From positions 1 through 16,863 of the forward strand of contig JAYUGC010000030.1 in the NCBI GenBank assembly GCA_043767805.1: a stretch of DNA of 16,863 nucleotides. The letters are read 5' to 3'. The position numbers and the translations under genes were made by a program. The stretch is from Pseudomonadota bacterium (GTDB lineage Bacteria > Bdellovibrionota > FAC87 > UBA2466). Positions 15,383-16,863 of this stretch are shown piece after piece. The notes below the pieces were generated by a model, which saw only the letters and a list, made by a program, of their open reading frames with translations, ran no database searches and was not told the origin of the DNA. Every line of letters begins with the position of its first letter. Within the stretch, counting starts at the first letter, position 1.

Positions 15383-16744
15383 CTAGTACCGGTACGTGTC
15401 CGGCTTGAAGGGACCCGTCGCCGGAAGATTCAAGTACTTGGCCTGCTCCTTGGTGAGCTTCGTGAGCTTCACGCCGAGCTTATCCAAATGGAGCCGCGCG
15501 ACTTTTTCGTCGAGCTCTTTCGGGAGCACATGCACGCCGAGCGGATATTTCTTCGGCTCCGTCCAGAGCGCGATTTGCGCGAGCGTCTGGTTGGTGAACG
15601 ACGTCGACATCACGAAGCTCGGGTGGCCGGTGGCGCAGCCGAGGTTCACGAGCCGTCCGCTCGCGAGCACGATGATCTCGCGTCCGTTCGGGAGCACGAA
15701 CTTATCGACCTGGGGCTTGATGTTGATCTTTTTGACCTTGGGCGTTTTCTCGAGCCAAGCCACCCGGATTTCGGAATCGAAATGGCCGATGTTGCAGAGA
15801 ATCGCCTGGTCTTTCATCTTCTCGAAATGCTTTTCGGTGATGACGTCCATGCAGCCGGTCGCCGTCACGAAGATGTCAGCCTGAGGCGCCGCTTCTTCCA
15901 TGGTCATGACCGGGAAACCTTCCATCGCGGCCTGGAGCGCGCAGATGGGATCGATTTCGGTGATGATGACGCGAGCGCCGAAACCGCGCATCGCATCGGC
16001 GCAACCTTTGCCCACATCGCCGAAGCCGGCGACGACGACGATCTTGCCCGCGATCATGATGTCGGTAGCGCGCTTGATGCCGTCCGCGAGAGACTCACGG
16101 CAGCCGTACAAGTTGTCGAACTTCGACTTCGTGACCGAGTCGTTCACGTTGATCGCCGGAATCTTCAGCTTGCCCTCTTGGAACATCTGCTGAAGGCGGT
16201 GCACGCCCGTGGTGGTCTCTTCCGAGATTCCCTTGATGTGCTGGAGCAAATCGGGGCGCTTGTTGTGCACGATGGAGGTGAGGTCACCGCCGTCGTCCAA
16301 AATCATATTGAGCGGCTTGCCGTCGAATAGGATGGTTTGCTCGATGCACCACTCGTACTCGGGCTCGGTCATACCCTTCCAGGCGAAAACCGGAACGCCC
16401 GTGGCGGCGATGGCCGCGGCGGCATGGTCTTGAGTCGAGAAAATATTGCAGCTCGACCAGCGGACTTCGGCGCCGAGCGCGGTAAGCGTCTCGATGAGAA
16501 CCGCGGTCTGAATGGTCATGTGGAGGCAACCGGCGATGCGGGCCCCTTTCAGCGGCTTGGATTTACCGAACTCCTCGCGAAGCGCCATCAGGCCCGGCAT
16601 TTCTTTTTCCGCGAGCTCGATTTCTTTCCGACCCCATTCGGCAAGCGTCATGTCTTTAACTTTGAAATCCGGGGCCGGGGCGGCCGTCGCAGTGGCGGAC
16701 TTCTTTTTCGGGGACGTAGGGGCGCGTCGGGCGTTGGTCAACAT
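15383..16744 (-). CDS. ahcY: Adenosylhomocysteinase (S-adenosyl-L-homocysteine hydrolase)
   Basis: [92 protein letters not shown] and terminal YRY. ATG 16744 follows AAGGAG. Confidence 0.98.
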   Translation of the reverse strand: MLTNARRAPTSPKKKSATATAAPAPDFKVKDMTLAEWGRKEIELAEKEMPGLMALREEFGKSKPLKGARIAGCLHMTIQTAVLIETLTALGAEVRWSSCNIFSTQDHAAAAIAATGVPVFAWKGMTEPEYEWCIEQTILFDGKPLNMILDDGGDLTSIVHNKRPDLLQHIKGISEETTTGVHRLQQMFQEGKLKIPAINVNDSVTKSKFDNLYGCRESLADGIKRATDIMIAGKIVVVAGFGDVGKGCADAMRGFGARVIITEIDPICALQAAMEGFPVMTMEEAAPQADIFVTATGCMDVITEKHFEKMKDQAILCNIGHFDSEIRVAWLEKTPKVKKINIKPQVDKFVLPNGREIIVLASGRLVNLGCATGHPSFVMSTSFTNQTLAQIALWTEPKKYPLGVHVLPKELDEKVARLHLDKLGVKLTKLTKEQAKYLNLPATGPFKPDTYRY

Positions 16745-16775
16745 GCTCTCTCCTTGGGGTTTTGAACCGCCCAAG

Positions 16776-16804
16776 ACCATAGCCCAATTTGCATGAAACG
16801 GCAA
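16776..16804 (-). promoter_or_regulatory. Sigma70-type promoter of ahcY
   Basis: Minus strand TTGCCG, 17-nt spacer, TATGGT, ending 31 nt before the ATG. It has the same TTGCCn -35 as the moxR promoter. Confidence 0.55.
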
Positions 16805-16863
16805 TGGTGTCGGGGGTTTCCTGACGCAAAAGGCTGAAAATTAGAAAAATTTTAGGCTCGTTT

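Noticed and set aside
14975..16330. 451-aa plus-strand ORF spanning the CAP gene end and ahcY
   Set aside because: Mostly the antisense shadow of ahcY. It crosses the terminator region and has no motifs.
16745..16863. SAH or SAM riboswitch upstream of ahcY, and a CTTGG/CCAAG hairpin over the SD
   Set aside because: No GAGGAGCG-type SAH riboswitch core is visible. The predicted promoter leaves only about 25 nt of leader and excludes most of the 5' hairpin arm.

Overview
A GC-rich, very densely packed bacterial window with no rRNA, tRNA, CRISPR array or mobile element that I can support. Left to right: the 3' end of a probable SAM-dependent methyltransferase (+, <1..138, absent from the ORF track); a minus-strand operon of a lipoprotein, a DegT/VioA-type aminotransferase and a WbqC-family protein; a divergent Npt/TLC-family nucleotide transporter homolog; a complete MoxR / DUF58 / membrane protein / BatA / BatB-BatC fusion / BatD / BatE operon with a clear sigma70 promoter; a convergent two-gene unit encoding a flavin-dependent halogenase-like enzyme and a carotenoid-oxygenase (RPE65/CCO) family dioxygenase; a CAP-domain lipoprotein; and ahcY with its promoter and terminator. 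The best candidate for an undescribed system is the stand-alone halogenase plus CCO pair, which has no NRPS/PKS, carrier protein, flavin reductase or carotenoid genes nearby. All family calls come from motif recognition, not database searches.
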